Source: Polyangiales bacterium (GTDB lineage Bacteria; Myxococcota_A; Polyangia; Polyangiales; Polyangiaceae). Taken from it: a stretch of DNA of 64,000 bases. Below, one piece after another: positions 20,559-30,643 of the stretch. The DNA lies in contig JBBRLQ010000015.1 of NCBI GenBank assembly GCA_038231275.1, positions 32,001 to 96,000 of the forward strand. The letters run 5' to 3'. The stretch's first letter is position 1. The number at the start of each line of letters is the position of its first letter. The translations under genes were made by a program, and so were the position numbers. The notes beneath the pieces were generated by a model that made no database searches, was not told the DNA's origin, and saw nothing but the letters and a program-made list of their open reading frames with translations.

Positions 20559-22559
20559 CTAGGCGATGTCTTCGTCGAGCCGTCGCATCCCTTCGAGGAG
20601 GAGCGCTTCGCTCGACTCCGTGATGACGCGCGTGGTCGGCACGAACGTGGGATCGAAGCCGAAGTCGCCTTCCTTCAGCTTGAGCATCGCGTAGAACGCG
20701 TCGCTGCCGGTCGTCTCGGCCCAGTGCGCGTTGACGACCGCGCCGTCGTCGAAGTGGACCTCGCCCGCGTCGCCGCTGCTGCGCAGCTTCAGCGAGCCGG
20801 TCTTTCGCGCGTGGAGGAGCACTTGGACCATGTCGGCGAGGCCCATCTCACGAAGGCTCCCGGAAACGCCGCGCTGGCCACGCGTCGTTTGACGCTGCGC
20901 GAGGAGCGCCTTCAGCTTCGCGACGAGGACGTCGGTCGGCGACAGCTTCGACGCATAGTCGAGCACGCCCATGTCGAACGCGCGCTGCGCTTCGTTGCGC
21001 CCCTGCTTTCGCGTGTGCATGACCCACGGGAGATCTTTGCCCCACGGCTGCTTGCGCGCTTCGGCGAGGAGCGTGAGGCCGTCCCCTTGCGGCAGGTCGA
21101 CTTCGCTCACCACGAGATCGACCTCGCCCACCGCGAGGATCTTGATCGCCTCGGCGGGCGTGCGCGCGATCTTCACCTCGAACCCCTGCTCGATCATGCG
21201 GAGCTCGAGCACCGTGGTCTCTTCGGGATCGGGGTCGATGATGAGCGCGATGGCGCGGTTCGAGAGCAGCTTGGCGCGCACGTCCTCGCCCATGAGCATC
21301 GTGCGGAACAGATCGAGCAGGTGCGGATCGAAGATGCCGTCGCGGAAGCCGTCCATGACCTCGAGCGCTTCGGCAGGCGAGAGCGTCTTCCGGTACGGGT
21401 TGCGCGAGTTCTGCGTGAGATCGGCGTACGTGTCGACGATCGCGAGGATGCGCGCGGAGATCGGGATCTCCTTGCCCGCCAGCGCGTCGGGAAAGCCGCC
21501 GCCGTCGTAGCGCTCGTACATGTGCATGACGGCGTTGAGCGTGTCGGACGGCAAGCGCACCGCTTCGAGGAGGCGCACAGGCGTGTCGCACGCCTTCTGC
21601 GCGGCGAGCTTGTGGCCGTCGTACTCCGACGCGTTGAGGCTCGTGAGGTGGTACTGCCCCATCTTGCCGAGGTCGTGCACGAACGCGGCAGCGCAGCACG
21701 CGATCGTCGTGTCGCGCGGGAGGTTCACGCGCTCGGCGAGGCGACGAACCAGACGCGCGACGAGCGCCGAGTGGCCGCGCAGATCGTTTCGTCCGTTCTC
21801 GATGAGGCTGACGAAGACGTTCAGCATCTCGAGGACGGCCTCGCTCGCGAACGTTCCGGCGGGCGGGCTCGACGGCACCGACGGCGGCGGCGGCACCGAC
21901 GGCGGCTTGAGGACCGAGACGGGCACCGGAGGAGGAGGAGGCAGCGCGGCGGGCTTGGGTGCGGGCGGAGCTTGCTTGATCTCGCCCTCGGTGATCATCC
22001 GCTCGCGCACGGAGAACTGCCCGCCGTCGCCGAGCTGGCGCATGGCGTTCTGCACCTGCGGATCGAGGCGCGAGAACGCGTTCTGCTCCCCGTTGTAATG
22101 CTTCGCGAGCCCGGCCTTCACGGCGGCAGGTCGTACGAGGATCGCCCGAACCTCCCGCGCGCCGGAGACGAGCGCGACCTCGTGCATCGTCTCGAGGTTG
22201 TCGGGATCCGCGGTCGCGACGCTCAGCGTGTTGGCGTCGGCGTCGAACAGCACGGGGAAGAGCGCGAAGCTCTCGGCGACCTTGCGCGGGATGAGGTCGA
22301 GCGTCGTCTTCGGGATCTCTGCCTTCGCGAGCCGCTCGGTCGTGATGAAACGCGTCTTGTAGTGGCTCGCGAGGGCTTTCAGCAGATCGCCCTCGCTGAG
22401 CAGGCCGAGCTCGAGGATGACCTCCTCCGCGCGCGTCTTGCCGCGCTGGACCTGCTTGATGACCGCCTCGTGCTGATCTTTTTTCAGCACGCCGGTCGCG
22501 AGTAGCACGTCCGCCGCTTTCTTCAGCGGGAAGCTGGCGGCGGATGCATTGGCAACCAA
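20559..22559 (-). CDS. MshEN-like + degenerate HD-GYP + pseudo-REC + DUF4388 signalling protein
   Basis: N-term LLATGVL..ILELGLLSEGDLLKAL, ATADP; HDLGK, ERYDGGGFP, EIPISARILAIVD; REC with Glu at the phospho-site; GSLREMGLADMVQVL...LLLEGMRRLDE. Confidence 0.85.
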   Translation of the reverse strand: MVANASAASFPLKKAADVLLATGVLKKDQHEAVIKQVQRGKTRAEEVILELGLLSEGDLLKALASHYKTRFITTERLAKAEIPKTTLDLIPRKVAESFALFPVLFDADANTLSVATADPDNLETMHEVALVSGAREVRAILVRPAAVKAGLAKHYNGEQNAFSRLDPQVQNAMRQLGDGGQFSVRERMITEGEIKQAPPAPKPAALPPPPPVPVSVLKPPSVPPPPSVPSSPPAGTFASEAVLEMLNVFVSLIENGRNDLRGHSALVARLVRRLAERVNLPRDTTIACCAAAFVHDLGKMGQYHLTSLNASEYDGHKLAAQKACDTPVRLLEAVRLPSDTLNAVMHMYERYDGGGFPDALAGKEIPISARILAIVDTYADLTQNSRNPYRKTLSPAEALEVMDGFRDGIFDPHLLDLFRTMLMGEDVRAKLLSNRAIALIIDPDPEETTVLELRMIEQGFEVKIARTPAEAIKILAVGEVDLVVSEVDLPQGDGLTLLAEARKQPWGKDLPWVMHTRKQGRNEAQRAFDMGVLDYASKLSPTDVLVAKLKALLAQRQTTRGQRGVSGSLREMGLADMVQVLLHARKTGSLKLRSSGDAGEVHFDDGAVVNAHWAETTGSDAFYAMLKLKEGDFGFDPTFVPTTRVITESSEALLLEGMRRLDEDIA

Positions 22560-22573
22560 AGGGTCTCCTCGCT

Positions 22574-23188
22574 TCAGACGCGGGTGCGAAGGTGGCTCAA
22601 GATGAGGTCGAGGGCAACGCGATTTTGGCCCCCCTCAGGCACGATGATATCGGCAAAGCGCTTGCTCGGCTCGACGAACGCGAGGTGCATCGGTCGAACG
22701 CTCTCGTAGTACTGCTTCCGCACCTGCGCGAAGGTGCGACCTCGGTGCTCCAGATCGCGCCGGATCCGGCGCATCAGGCGGATGTCGGCGTCCGTGTCGA
22801 CGAACACCTTCACGTCGAAGCGTGACCGGAGGCGCTCGTCGGCCAGGACCAGGATGCCCTCGACGACGATGACCGGCGCCGGGGCGATCAGGACCCCCTG
22901 CGGTGCCCGCGAGTGGCTTGCGAAATCGTAGGTGGGGCGTTCGACCGGACGGCCGCCCCGCAGCTCGTCGAGGTGACTGCAGAAGAGATCGAGCTCGACA
23001 GAGTCGGGATGGTCGTAGTTGACCTTGCCGCGCTCCTCGAACGAAAGGTGCGACATCGACCGATAGTAGTGATCCTGCTCGAGCAAGACGGAGCCGGTCG
23101 GCAGCGCGGCGAGGATCGACGTGGCGATCGTGCTCTTGCCCGACCCAGACCCACCGGCGATGCCTACGACGAGAGGAGAACCCTGCAT
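22574..23188 (-). CDS. udk: Uridine kinase
   Basis: GIAGGSGSGKST, QDHYY, NYDHP, RRIRRD, VRPMH, FVEPSKRFADIIVP. Confidence 0.95.
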   Translation of the reverse strand: MQGSPLVVGIAGGSGSGKSTIATSILAALPTGSVLLEQDHYYRSMSHLSFEERGKVNYDHPDSVELDLFCSHLDELRGGRPVERPTYDFASHSRAPQGVLIAPAPVIVVEGILVLADERLRSRFDVKVFVDTDADIRLMRRIRRDLEHRGRTFAQVRKQYYESVRPMHLAFVEPSKRFADIIVPEGGQNRVALDLILSHLRTRV

Positions 23189-23204
23189 TTCCGGGTGACG
23201 CGTA

Positions 23205-24266
23205 TCACGAAACGCCGCCGGCGAGCGCGAGCACCCGAGCCATTCGGTCGGGATCGACGTTGCGGCCCGTGAGCACCACGACCACGTCCCCCCCGCGCAG
23301 GGGGTCGGGCAGGCCTTGGAGGACCGGCACGAGCCCAACCGCGGCGCTTCCTTCGAGGACCAGGCCGAGGTCGCGGTGCGCATAGGCCATCGCGGTCGCG
23401 ATCTCGGCTTCCGTGACGACGACGACGCCCGCGATGGCCGACCGCGCGCGCTCGAAGGCGTCCACGGCGATGCCGCCTTCGAGACCCTCGGCGAGGGTGG
23501 GCGTGTCCTCCGTCAGGCGCACGAGCGCGCGGCCCGTCTCGAGCGAACGCGCCGCAGCCGGCGACGCCTCGCTCTGCACGCCCCACACCCTGCGCGCCTT
23601 CGCGAGGGCCTCACCGGCCTCGTCGGCCATGGCCACGGCCAGGCCGGTGCAAAGACCGCCGCCTCCGATAGGCGCGAGTGTGACGTCGGGGACACCGCCC
23701 ATCCCGCGCGCGATCTCGTACCCGAGGCTCGCGCCGTTGCCTGCGACCACGTCGAGATCGTCGTACGCGGAGACGAAGATGCCGTCCTCGCGCTCGGCGA
23801 GCTCTCGAGCGAGCGCCTCCGCGTCGTCGAAGTGCGGCGAGTCGCCGACGATGATCGTCGCCCCCCACGCGGCGATCTTCTCGCGCTTGGCCTGCGGCGA
23901 GCTGGACGGGACGACGACGACCGCGGACACACCGAGCATCTGCGCGGCGTACGCGACGCCTGCGCCGTGGTTGCCGGCGCTCGCGGTGATGGCGCGCGCG
24001 TTCTTGCCGCGGACGCGATCGATCGCCATGAGCGCCCCGCGCACCTTGAAGCTGCCGGTCACCTGGAGAGCCTCGAGGGCCAGCCACACACGCGTCTCGC
24101 CGCGGGGATCGGCGCGCGCGTCCAAATCCGCGGCGCGCACGACGGCGGTCTCGCGGAGGCGAGCTTGAGGAAAGCGCGCGGCGAGATCGCGCGCGATCTC
24201 GAGGCGCGGCTTGTCGGGAAAGGTCGCCGTAGACGACGCGCGAAGCGGTGCAGGGACGAGGCGCAT
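23205..24266 (-). CDS. PLP-dependent threonine/serine dehydratase family protein
   Basis: EALQVTGSFKVRGA, SAGNHG, PIGGGGL, LTGRNVD. Confidence 0.88.
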   Translation of the reverse strand: MRLVPAPLRASSTATFPDKPRLEIARDLAARFPQARLRETAVVRAADLDARADPRGETRVWLALEALQVTGSFKVRGALMAIDRVRGKNARAITASAGNHGAGVAYAAQMLGVSAVVVVPSSSPQAKREKIAAWGATIIVGDSPHFDDAEALARELAEREDGIFVSAYDDLDVVAGNGASLGYEIARGMGGVPDVTLAPIGGGGLCTGLAVAMADEAGEALAKARRVWGVQSEASPAAARSLETGRALVRLTEDTPTLAEGLEGGIAVDAFERARSAIAGVVVVTEAEIATAMAYAHRDLGLVLEGSAAVGLVPVLQGLPDPLRGGDVVVVLTGRNVDPDRMARVLALAGGVS

Positions 24267-24274
24267 CCCAGGCC

Positions 24275-25051
24275 TCAGCGCGAGAGCCAGAGGAGCGGCC
24301 TTCGGTACGTGGTGATCATGCGATCGGCGGGGATCTCGTGGCCGAGGCCCGGCACGATCTTCACGCGCGTGGGGATTTTCGCCTTCTTCAGCATCTCGCC
24401 GACCTTCTCGGTGTTCTCGGCGACCTCGTCGTTCTCGCCGGTCAGGAGGTACACGCGACGGAACTTGCGGCGCTCCTCCTTCAGGATCGCCTCGGTGTCG
24501 CCGAACCAGTACTGATCGTTGGCGGCGAGGATGAGCCAGCGGTCCCACTTGGACGGATCGCGGAGGCCGACCTGCATCGCGACGAACGCCCCCTCGCTGA
24601 AGCCGATGAGGATGTTGTGGCGCGTCTGGACGCGGTGGCCGAACTCCTCGCGGAGCGCGTGGAGCGTGGCGTCCATGATCTCTTTGCCGGACTCGACGCT
24701 GTTCAGCCAGCTGCGCGCGCCGCCGCCGCGGTCCTCGGGGCCTTGCGGGCAGACGACCCAGCCGAACTGCGTACCGACGCGCGCCCACTTGCGGCAGTCC
24801 TCGCTCGGGTTGCCGCCGCGGCCGTGGAGGTACATCACGACGGGACGGAGGCCGCGGCCGCGCGGACGGTAGTAGTACGCGTCCGGGTGGCCAGGGACCT
24901 CGAGACGGGACGGCTCGGCGATGGGGCGCGCGGTCTTGGCCCACGCGGCGGGCGCGATCGCCAGGATCGCGATCGCGGGGGCGAGCGCTACGAGGGCGAG
25001 GAGGAGGCGGCGCGCGGGGGACATGGATCGAGAGGCGCGCAGCATAGTCAT
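24275..25051 (-). CDS. Secreted alpha/beta hydrolase (esterase); start may be 25024
   Basis: Signal peptide; YLHGRGG, GFSEG nucleophile, GENDE, GLGH. Confidence 0.85.
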   Translation of the reverse strand: MTMLRASRSMSPARRLLLALVALAPAIAILAIAPAAWAKTARPIAEPSRLEVPGHPDAYYYRPRGRGLRPVVMYLHGRGGNPSEDCRKWARVGTQFGWVVCPQGPEDRGGGARSWLNSVESGKEIMDATLHALREEFGHRVQTRHNILIGFSEGAFVAMQVGLRDPSKWDRWLILAANDQYWFGDTEAILKEERRKFRRVYLLTGENDEVAENTEKVGEMLKKAKIPTRVKIVPGLGHEIPADRMITTYRRPLLWLSR

Positions 25052-25138
25052 GGAACGCCGCCACGCAACGCCTGAGACGCGCGGGGGATTCTCGCTTTCG
25101 CGGGAATTCGGCCGGATCGTCGAAAATTCGTTCGCCAG

Positions 25139-26041
25139 CTAACGATTCTTCGCCAGCTCGCGACCGAGCTCGAGGCCCAGGGCGGTCGCGTCGGCCTCCG
25201 ACGGCCACGCCACGCTCCGCTCGGCCCGTCGCATCTCGCTCCCGTCCGGGCGCGAAAAGAACGCGCGCAGGCGGAGCTTTTCCCCCGCGATCCGCTCGCC
25301 GAACGCCCCGATCGGCGTCTTGCAGTCCCCTTCCAAGGCGACCATCACACCTCGCTCGGCGGCGACGCACGTGGCGGAGGTCGGATCGTGCAGCGGCGCC
25401 AAGATCGCCCGCGTCGCGGCGTCGTCGGTCCGACACTCGATCCCGAGCGCCCCCTGACCGATCGCGGGCAACGAGACCTCGGGCTCGAGCACTTCCGTGG
25501 CCCGCCCTTCAAGGCCGAGCCGAACGAGACCTGCTCGGGCGAGTAGGATGGCGTCGTACTCCCCGGCGTCCACTTTGCGGAGGCGCGTATCCACGTTCCC
25601 GCGCGTCGGAACGATGTCGAGATCGGGCCGCACCGCGCGAATCGACACCTGACGGCGAAGGCTGCTCGTCCCGAGCTTGGCCCCACGCGGAAGCGCTGCG
25701 AGCGTCCCATACTTCGGCGAGACCAGGACGTCGCGCGGGTCCTCGCGGAGCGGCACGCACACGATCGCGAGCCCGTCGGGCAGGAAGCCCGGCACGTCCT
25801 TGACCGAGTGCACCGCGAGCTGCGCGCGGCCGTCGAGCAAGGCCTCTTCGATCTCCTTCACGAAGAGCCCCTTGCCGCCCACCTCCGACAGCGGGCGATC
25901 CTGGATCTTGTCGCCGGTCGTCACGATTTGCTCTTCGACGAGCTCGAGCTCGGGATGGAGCGCGCGCACCCTCGCGATGAATGCGCGGCACTGCGCGAGC
26001 GCGAGCGCGCTGCGACGCGTGGCGTACACGAGGCGAGACAT
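25139..26041 (-). CDS. hemC: Hydroxymethylbilane synthase
   Basis: TRRSALALAQ, GGKGLFVKE, AVHSVKD, GTSSLRR, RGNVDTRL, LEGDCKTP. Confidence 0.97.
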   Translation of the reverse strand: MSRLVYATRRSALALAQCRAFIARVRALHPELELVEEQIVTTGDKIQDRPLSEVGGKGLFVKEIEEALLDGRAQLAVHSVKDVPGFLPDGLAIVCVPLREDPRDVLVSPKYGTLAALPRGAKLGTSSLRRQVSIRAVRPDLDIVPTRGNVDTRLRKVDAGEYDAILLARAGLVRLGLEGRATEVLEPEVSLPAIGQGALGIECRTDDAATRAILAPLHDPTSATCVAAERGVMVALEGDCKTPIGAFGERIAGEKLRLRAFFSRPDGSEMRRAERSVAWPSEADATALGLELGRELAKNR

Positions 26042-26158
26042 GGGAAGGAGTCTACCTCATCCTCCGCGCGCCCACCCCCGCGGCCGGCTTCGAGGCGGTC
26101 CGTGACGCAGCGACGCGACGCGCGACGCACGGCGCGACGCCGCGAGGTACACTTGGAG

Positions 26159-26500
26159 ATGAGACAGATCAGCAGTTGGGGTCTCGTCGTTTTGCTATTT
26201 GCGCTCGCCAGAGACGCGCGCGCAGAAACCACCGCGCCCACCGCCACGATAGGCCTCGGCCTCACGATCGGCGGCGCGGCGCTCACCACGGTCAGCGGCA
26301 TCGTGTTCCTCGCGATGGACCTGTGCCGGCCCGATCTGCGCGGCGAGGGATGCCCGCCGCACGTCGAGCAGAAGGCTGCCGCCATCGGGCTCGTCGTGGG
26401 GATCCTCGCCCTCGCGATCGGGATCCCGCTCTATGCGACGGCCGATCACGATCAGAGAACCGCGGCGTACCGGCAAGCGGGCGCCGCGATCAATTTTTGA
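26159..26500 (+). CDS. Small membrane protein
   Basis: Signal peptide (ARA), two hydrophobic segments around a Cys pair, C-terminal Phe. Confidence 0.65.
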   Translation: MRQISSWGLVVLLFALARDARAETTAPTATIGLGLTIGGAALTTVSGIVFLAMDLCRPDLRGEGCPPHVEQKAAAIGLVVGILALAIGIPLYATADHDQRTAAYRQAGAAINF

Positions 26501-26525
26501 TCGAGCCGCGGCCCTTAGAAGAGGA

Positions 26526-27878
26526 TCAGTGCAGCCTGTCGTCGTCGTCGGGGTGCGCCGCGGCCGACGCTTGCAGCGCCTCGTGTTCACGCTTGTCGGG
26601 CTCGGGCGGCGGCGCCTCGGGCAAGTCGAACAGGTGCACGACGGCGCGAACGAGATCGGCGCCGTCCTCTCCCGACGCCGCGACCTTGAGGCGCGTCGTC
26701 GGCGCGTGGAGGAGCTTGTTCACCGCGCTGTCCATCATCTGTTGAAGCGCGGCACGGTCGCCTTCCGTGAGGTGCTTGAGGCGGCCCGAGAGGCTCCGCT
26801 CCAGCTCCGCGGCCAGGACCCCCTTCGTCTTCGCGCGGAGCGAGACGATGGTGGGCGCCACGTCGAGCCCGCGCGCCCAGGTCTCGAACTCGCTCAGCTC
26901 CTCGCCGACGATCTTCTCCGCCGCAGCGACCTCGTTCTGACGCGCCTTCAAGCCGTGAGCGACCTCGTGCTCGAGATCGTCGACGTTGTAGACATAGCAA
27001 TTGTCGATCTTCGTGTGGATCTCGGGGTCGACGTTGCGCGGCACCGCGATGTCGATGAAAAATAGGGTGCGCCCTCTGCGCGCCTTCATCACTCGCTTGA
27101 CCATCTCGCGCGTCACGACGAAGGAGCGGCTACTGGTGCTGGTGACGACGACGTCGGAGAGCGTCAGCTCCTCCTCCAGCTGCTCGAGCGGCGCCGCGCT
27201 GCCGCCGAACTGCGCCGCGAGCTGCGCCGCGCGCTCCACGCTTCGATTGCACACCCGGATCGAGCGCCCGCCCTTGCCGAGGCTCCTGGCGGCGGCCTCC
27301 GCCATCTCGCCGGCGCCGACGAGGAGAACGGTGTGGTTCGACAGATCGCCGAAGATCTTTCGCGCGAGGTCCACCGCGACGCTGGAGATGCTCACGGTCC
27401 CCGCGCCGAGCGCGGTCTCCGTGCGTACGCGCTTGGCCACCGTGAACGCGCGGTGCACGCAGCGGCCGAGGACGTTGCGCAGGGTGCCAGCGGCGACCGC
27501 CGCGTCGTAGGCGTCCTTCACCTGGCCGAGGATCTGCGGCTCGCCGAGCACCATCGAGTCGAGGCTCGATGCGACGCGGAAGATGTGTCGAACCGCGTCG
27601 TCGCCCGATTTGTCGTAGAGGCAATCGGTGAGATCGTCGCTGCGGCCACCGACGAGCTCGGCAAGGCCTTCGCGGATCGCGCGGAGGGCAGGCTCGATGG
27701 CCTCGCCGTCCGCGAGCACCTCGACGCGGTTGCACGTCGAGAGGAACATCACCTCTTTGAGCTCGCGCCGCTTGGAGAGGCGCGCGAGGACCTCCGGGAG
27801 GACGTCGGCGCCGACGGAGAGCTTCTCGCGCACTTCGACGGGGGCCGTCTTGTGTGACAGGCCGACGACGACGATCAC
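26526..27878 (-). CDS. hemA: Glutamyl-tRNA reductase
   Basis: GLSHKTAPVEVRE, STCNRVE, SLDSMVLGEPQILGQVK, GAGEM, DIAVPR. Confidence 0.97.
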   Translation of the reverse strand: MIVVVGLSHKTAPVEVREKLSVGADVLPEVLARLSKRRELKEVMFLSTCNRVEVLADGEAIEPALRAIREGLAELVGGRSDDLTDCLYDKSGDDAVRHIFRVASSLDSMVLGEPQILGQVKDAYDAAVAAGTLRNVLGRCVHRAFTVAKRVRTETALGAGTVSISSVAVDLARKIFGDLSNHTVLLVGAGEMAEAAARSLGKGGRSIRVCNRSVERAAQLAAQFGGSAAPLEQLEEELTLSDVVVTSTSSRSFVVTREMVKRVMKARRGRTLFFIDIAVPRNVDPEIHTKIDNCYVYNVDDLEHEVAHGLKARQNEVAAAEKIVGEELSEFETWARGLDVAPTIVSLRAKTKGVLAAELERSLSGRLKHLTEGDRAALQQMMDSAVNKLLHAPTTRLKVAASGEDGADLVRAVVHLFDLPEAPPPEPDKREHEALQASAAAHPDDDDRLH

Positions 27879-28720
27879 GGCAGGCCCGCCACGTGCGCCG
27901 CCGGGCCGGCGTCGCGGAGCAGATACAAGAGGAGCACGAGCATCGCGAAGCCGAAGCCGGCGATCGTGCCGTACGCGGCGCGACGACCTCGCCAGCCCGC
28001 CGCGGCCCGCAAGAGGAGCACACCGGCGATGAGCAGCCAGGTCAGGTACCCGAAGGCCGCCCGAAGGATGTCGGCGGTGCCGCCCATCTCTACCTGCCGC
28101 GCCCAGAGCGTGCCGATGAGGATGCCGATCGTGAGGAGCGGAAAGCCCGCGAGGAGGAACCGATGCTCGGCGCGATCGAGGGCATCGAGCGGTGGTAGAC
28201 GCTGGAAGAGCCCCTCGATGCGCTTCTCCTTCAAGAGACGCTCCTGCACGAGGTAGAGCGTCGCCGCCCCGAACGCCAAGCTGAAGAGCGCGATGCCGAG
28301 GAGGTTCGCGGTCACGTGGACCGGGAGGAGCGCGCTCTTGAGACGCGGCGCCTGGTCGACCATCTGCGTGCCGCCGCCGACGAACCGCGACGCGAGCAGG
28401 CTCGTGAGCGCGAGCGGCGCGACGAAGGCGCCGACGACGTCGATGCGGTAACGCACGCGCATCGCGAGGTACGCCACGCACATGATGACGGCGAAGACGC
28501 TCATCGGAAAATGAATGCCCTTCACCGGGCACGCGTGCAGGACGAGCGACCACACGATCACGTGCACGCCTTGGAGCGCCGCGCCGACCGCGATGAGGCG
28601 CGCGCCCCAGCCCGCCGGCACGCGGTTGGTGCCGAGCAGGACGCGCAAGAACAGGAACGTCGCCGCCAGGTAGACGAGCGAGGCCGCCAAGAAGAGCGCG
28701 TCCGCGACGTAGACGTTCAC
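27875..28720 (-). CDS. ccsA: Cytochrome c assembly protein (CcsA/HemX-like)
   Basis: About 8 TM; conserved His residues, LYLVQER, LPPLDALD, GWRGRRAA; translationally coupled to hemA. Confidence 0.8.
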   Translation of the reverse strand: MNVYVADALFLAASLVYLAATFLFLRVLLGTNRVPAGWGARLIAVGAALQGVHVIVWSLVLHACPVKGIHFPMSVFAVIMCVAYLAMRVRYRIDVVGAFVAPLALTSLLASRFVGGGTQMVDQAPRLKSALLPVHVTANLLGIALFSLAFGAATLYLVQERLLKEKRIEGLFQRLPPLDALDRAEHRFLLAGFPLLTIGILIGTLWARQVEMGGTADILRAAFGYLTWLLIAGVLLLRAAAGWRGRRAAYGTIAGFGFAMLVLLLYLLRDAGPAAHVAGLP

Positions 28721-28756
28721 GTGCGCAGTATAGCGCGCCGCGGAGCGCCCCGTGAT

Positions 28757-29197
28757 TTACAGGTTCTTCATCAAGAAACGCGCGAGCAGCTGCTCTTCCG
28801 TCTTCGGCTCTTCCGGGGAAAATTTGCCGATCTCGGCCTGCGCGTGGCTCTGCGAGCGTGCCTTCGCGCGATCCGGTGAGGAGACGTGCTCGAGGAACGA
28901 ACCGACGGGCACCCCCGTCCACCCCTGGACGACATCGTAGGCGTTGTCGCCCATGATCATCGAGCCTTCGAGCAGCTCGGCGCCGAGCTCGAGCAGGTAG
29001 GGCTTCGACTTCACCTTGCCGACGAGCTCGTTCGCGTCGATCGTACCGCTGACCTCACGGATCACGCGCACCGCGTCGGCGATCTTGTAGCGACGGCCCT
29101 CGGCGACGATGGTGAGCTCCGAGCCCTTCACGTCGATGGTGGAGTCGAGCATCCACTGGTCGAGCGCCTCTTGCGGGAAAAAGATCCGGTTGGGCAT
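28757..29197 (-). CDS. Conserved hypothetical protein
   Basis: 146 aa, strong codon bias, C-term EEQLLARFLMKNL. Confidence 0.8.
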   Translation of the reverse strand: MPNRIFFPQEALDQWMLDSTIDVKGSELTIVAEGRRYKIADAVRVIREVSGTIDANELVGKVKSKPYLLELGAELLEGSMIMGDNAYDVVQGWTGVPVGSFLEHVSSPDRAKARSQSHAQAEIGKFSPEEPKTEEQLLARFLMKNL

Positions 29198-29228
29198 CCT
29201 GACGTGTCAGGTTACACCAATCGGGCAA

Positions 29229-29843
29229 ATGGGTCCGCTCGAGGCGTACAGCGCGATCGTCGCCGAGCTCGGCGGCGCCTCCTTCGCCGCGCGGGTGTCG
29301 GAGGCCCGCGGCGCGTTCCAGTCGCGCACCGGCGCGTTCGGGCCCGAGGATCCCTGGTTCGAGGCGAGGAGCCGCGCGTTCTGGGACTTTGCGACGACGA
29401 GCGGCGGCCTCGCGCACCTCGCGGCGGCGGTTCCGGGGGCCGGCGCCTGGGTGCCCGCCCTCGCGCGCGCACACCGAGGGCTCTTCGTCGTCGAGGAGCG
29501 CGAGGACGACGCGATCGCGCTGCGATGCCTCCTGAGCGGCGTCGTGCTCTTCGTCGACGACGTCGAGCCCGGCACCCGGGACGCGCTCGCCGCCGCCAGC
29601 GCGCCGTTCGACGGTCGCGTCGTCGCCGGCGGGTCGCCGATCCAGTGCGCGCTGCTCCCCGGCGCCGTCTTCCACCCGGAGGACGCCGCCGCGCCCATCC
29701 GCAAGGTGCTCGACGCGGCGCGCGCCAAGGAGCTCGCGCGCGACGCGACGCTCGACGCGCTCCTCCGAATGGAGCTTTCGCTCCGCGCCCTCTCCCGTGT
29801 AAAGGCGAGCTACGCGTACCGCCCCGAGGCGCTGCGCGCCTGA
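29229..29843 (+). CDS. Hypothetical protein
   Basis: GC3-biased ORF filling the space before the oxidoreductase. Confidence 0.7.
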   Translation: MGPLEAYSAIVAELGGASFAARVSEARGAFQSRTGAFGPEDPWFEARSRAFWDFATTSGGLAHLAAAVPGAGAWVPALARAHRGLFVVEEREDDAIALRCLLSGVVLFVDDVEPGTRDALAAASAPFDGRVVAGGSPIQCALLPGAVFHPEDAAAPIRKVLDAARAKELARDATLDALLRMELSLRALSRVKASYAYRPEALRA

Positions 29844-29858
29844 GCGCCCTCCAGCCCC

Positions 29859-30590
29859 ATGCCTCTCCCGCCGACCTTCGACGCGCACCTCTCCTCCGCC
29901 CGCCCGCTCACGCCGCAGGTGCGTGAGCTCACCTTCCAGCGGGACGACGGGCTGCCATTCGCGTTCGAGGCCGGCCAGTGGGTCAGTCTCATCTTGCCGC
30001 TTCCGAGCGGCGAGGTCCGGCGCTCCTACTCGATCGCGTCGCGCCCCGACGGCTCTCCGCGCCTCGAGCTCGCCGTGACGCACGTGGAGGGCGGGCCCGG
30101 ATCGACTTACCTCCACGAGCTCCCGATCGGCACGAAGATGCGCATCATCGGCCCGCAGGGCTTCTTCACGCGCGGCAAGGGGGCGACGGCACCGGCGCTC
30201 TTCATCGGGACCGGCACCGGCGTGACGCCGCTCCGCAGCATGCTCCACGACGCCGTTCACCGCGCCGATCCGCGCGCGATGTGCCTCGTCTTCGGCGTGC
30301 GCCGCGAGGCCGACATGCTCTACCAGGACGAGCTTCGCGACCTCGCGAAGGGCCACCCCAACGTTCGTGTAGAGTACACATTATCGCAACCGGGCTCTGC
30401 GTGGGCGGGGCGGCACGGCTACGTCCAGACGCACGTTCGCGCGATCTACGAGGAGCTGGCGGCGCGCGGCGAGGGGGCGCCGCACGCGTACATCTGCGGG
30501 CTCGAGCGAATGGTGAGCTCGGTGCGCGAGCTGCTCCGCAAGGACATGGGTCTCCCGCGCGAGCTCGTGCACAGCGAGCGTTACGACTGA
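29859..30590 (+). CDS. FNR-like FAD/NAD(P)-binding oxidoreductase
   Basis: [33 protein letters not shown]. Confidence 0.9.
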   Translation: MPLPPTFDAHLSSARPLTPQVRELTFQRDDGLPFAFEAGQWVSLILPLPSGEVRRSYSIASRPDGSPRLELAVTHVEGGPGSTYLHELPIGTKMRIIGPQGFFTRGKGATAPALFIGTGTGVTPLRSMLHDAVHRADPRAMCLVFGVRREADMLYQDELRDLAKGHPNVRVEYTLSQPGSAWAGRHGYVQTHVRAIYEELAARGEGAPHAYICGLERMVSSVRELLRKDMGLPRELVHSERYD

Positions 30591-30643
30591 AAAATGGTCC
30601 GAGCCCATTGCCTCCCAGCGTGAGCGGGCGCAGGATCGCGGCC

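Noticed and set aside
25060..25125. GAAA-tetraloop hairpin (minus strand ATTCCCGC-GAAA-GCGAGAAT) as a c-di-GMP-I or glycine riboswitch
   Set aside because: Lacks the GACGCAAA/P2 elements and the glycine aptamer core; probably a simple hairpin after hemC
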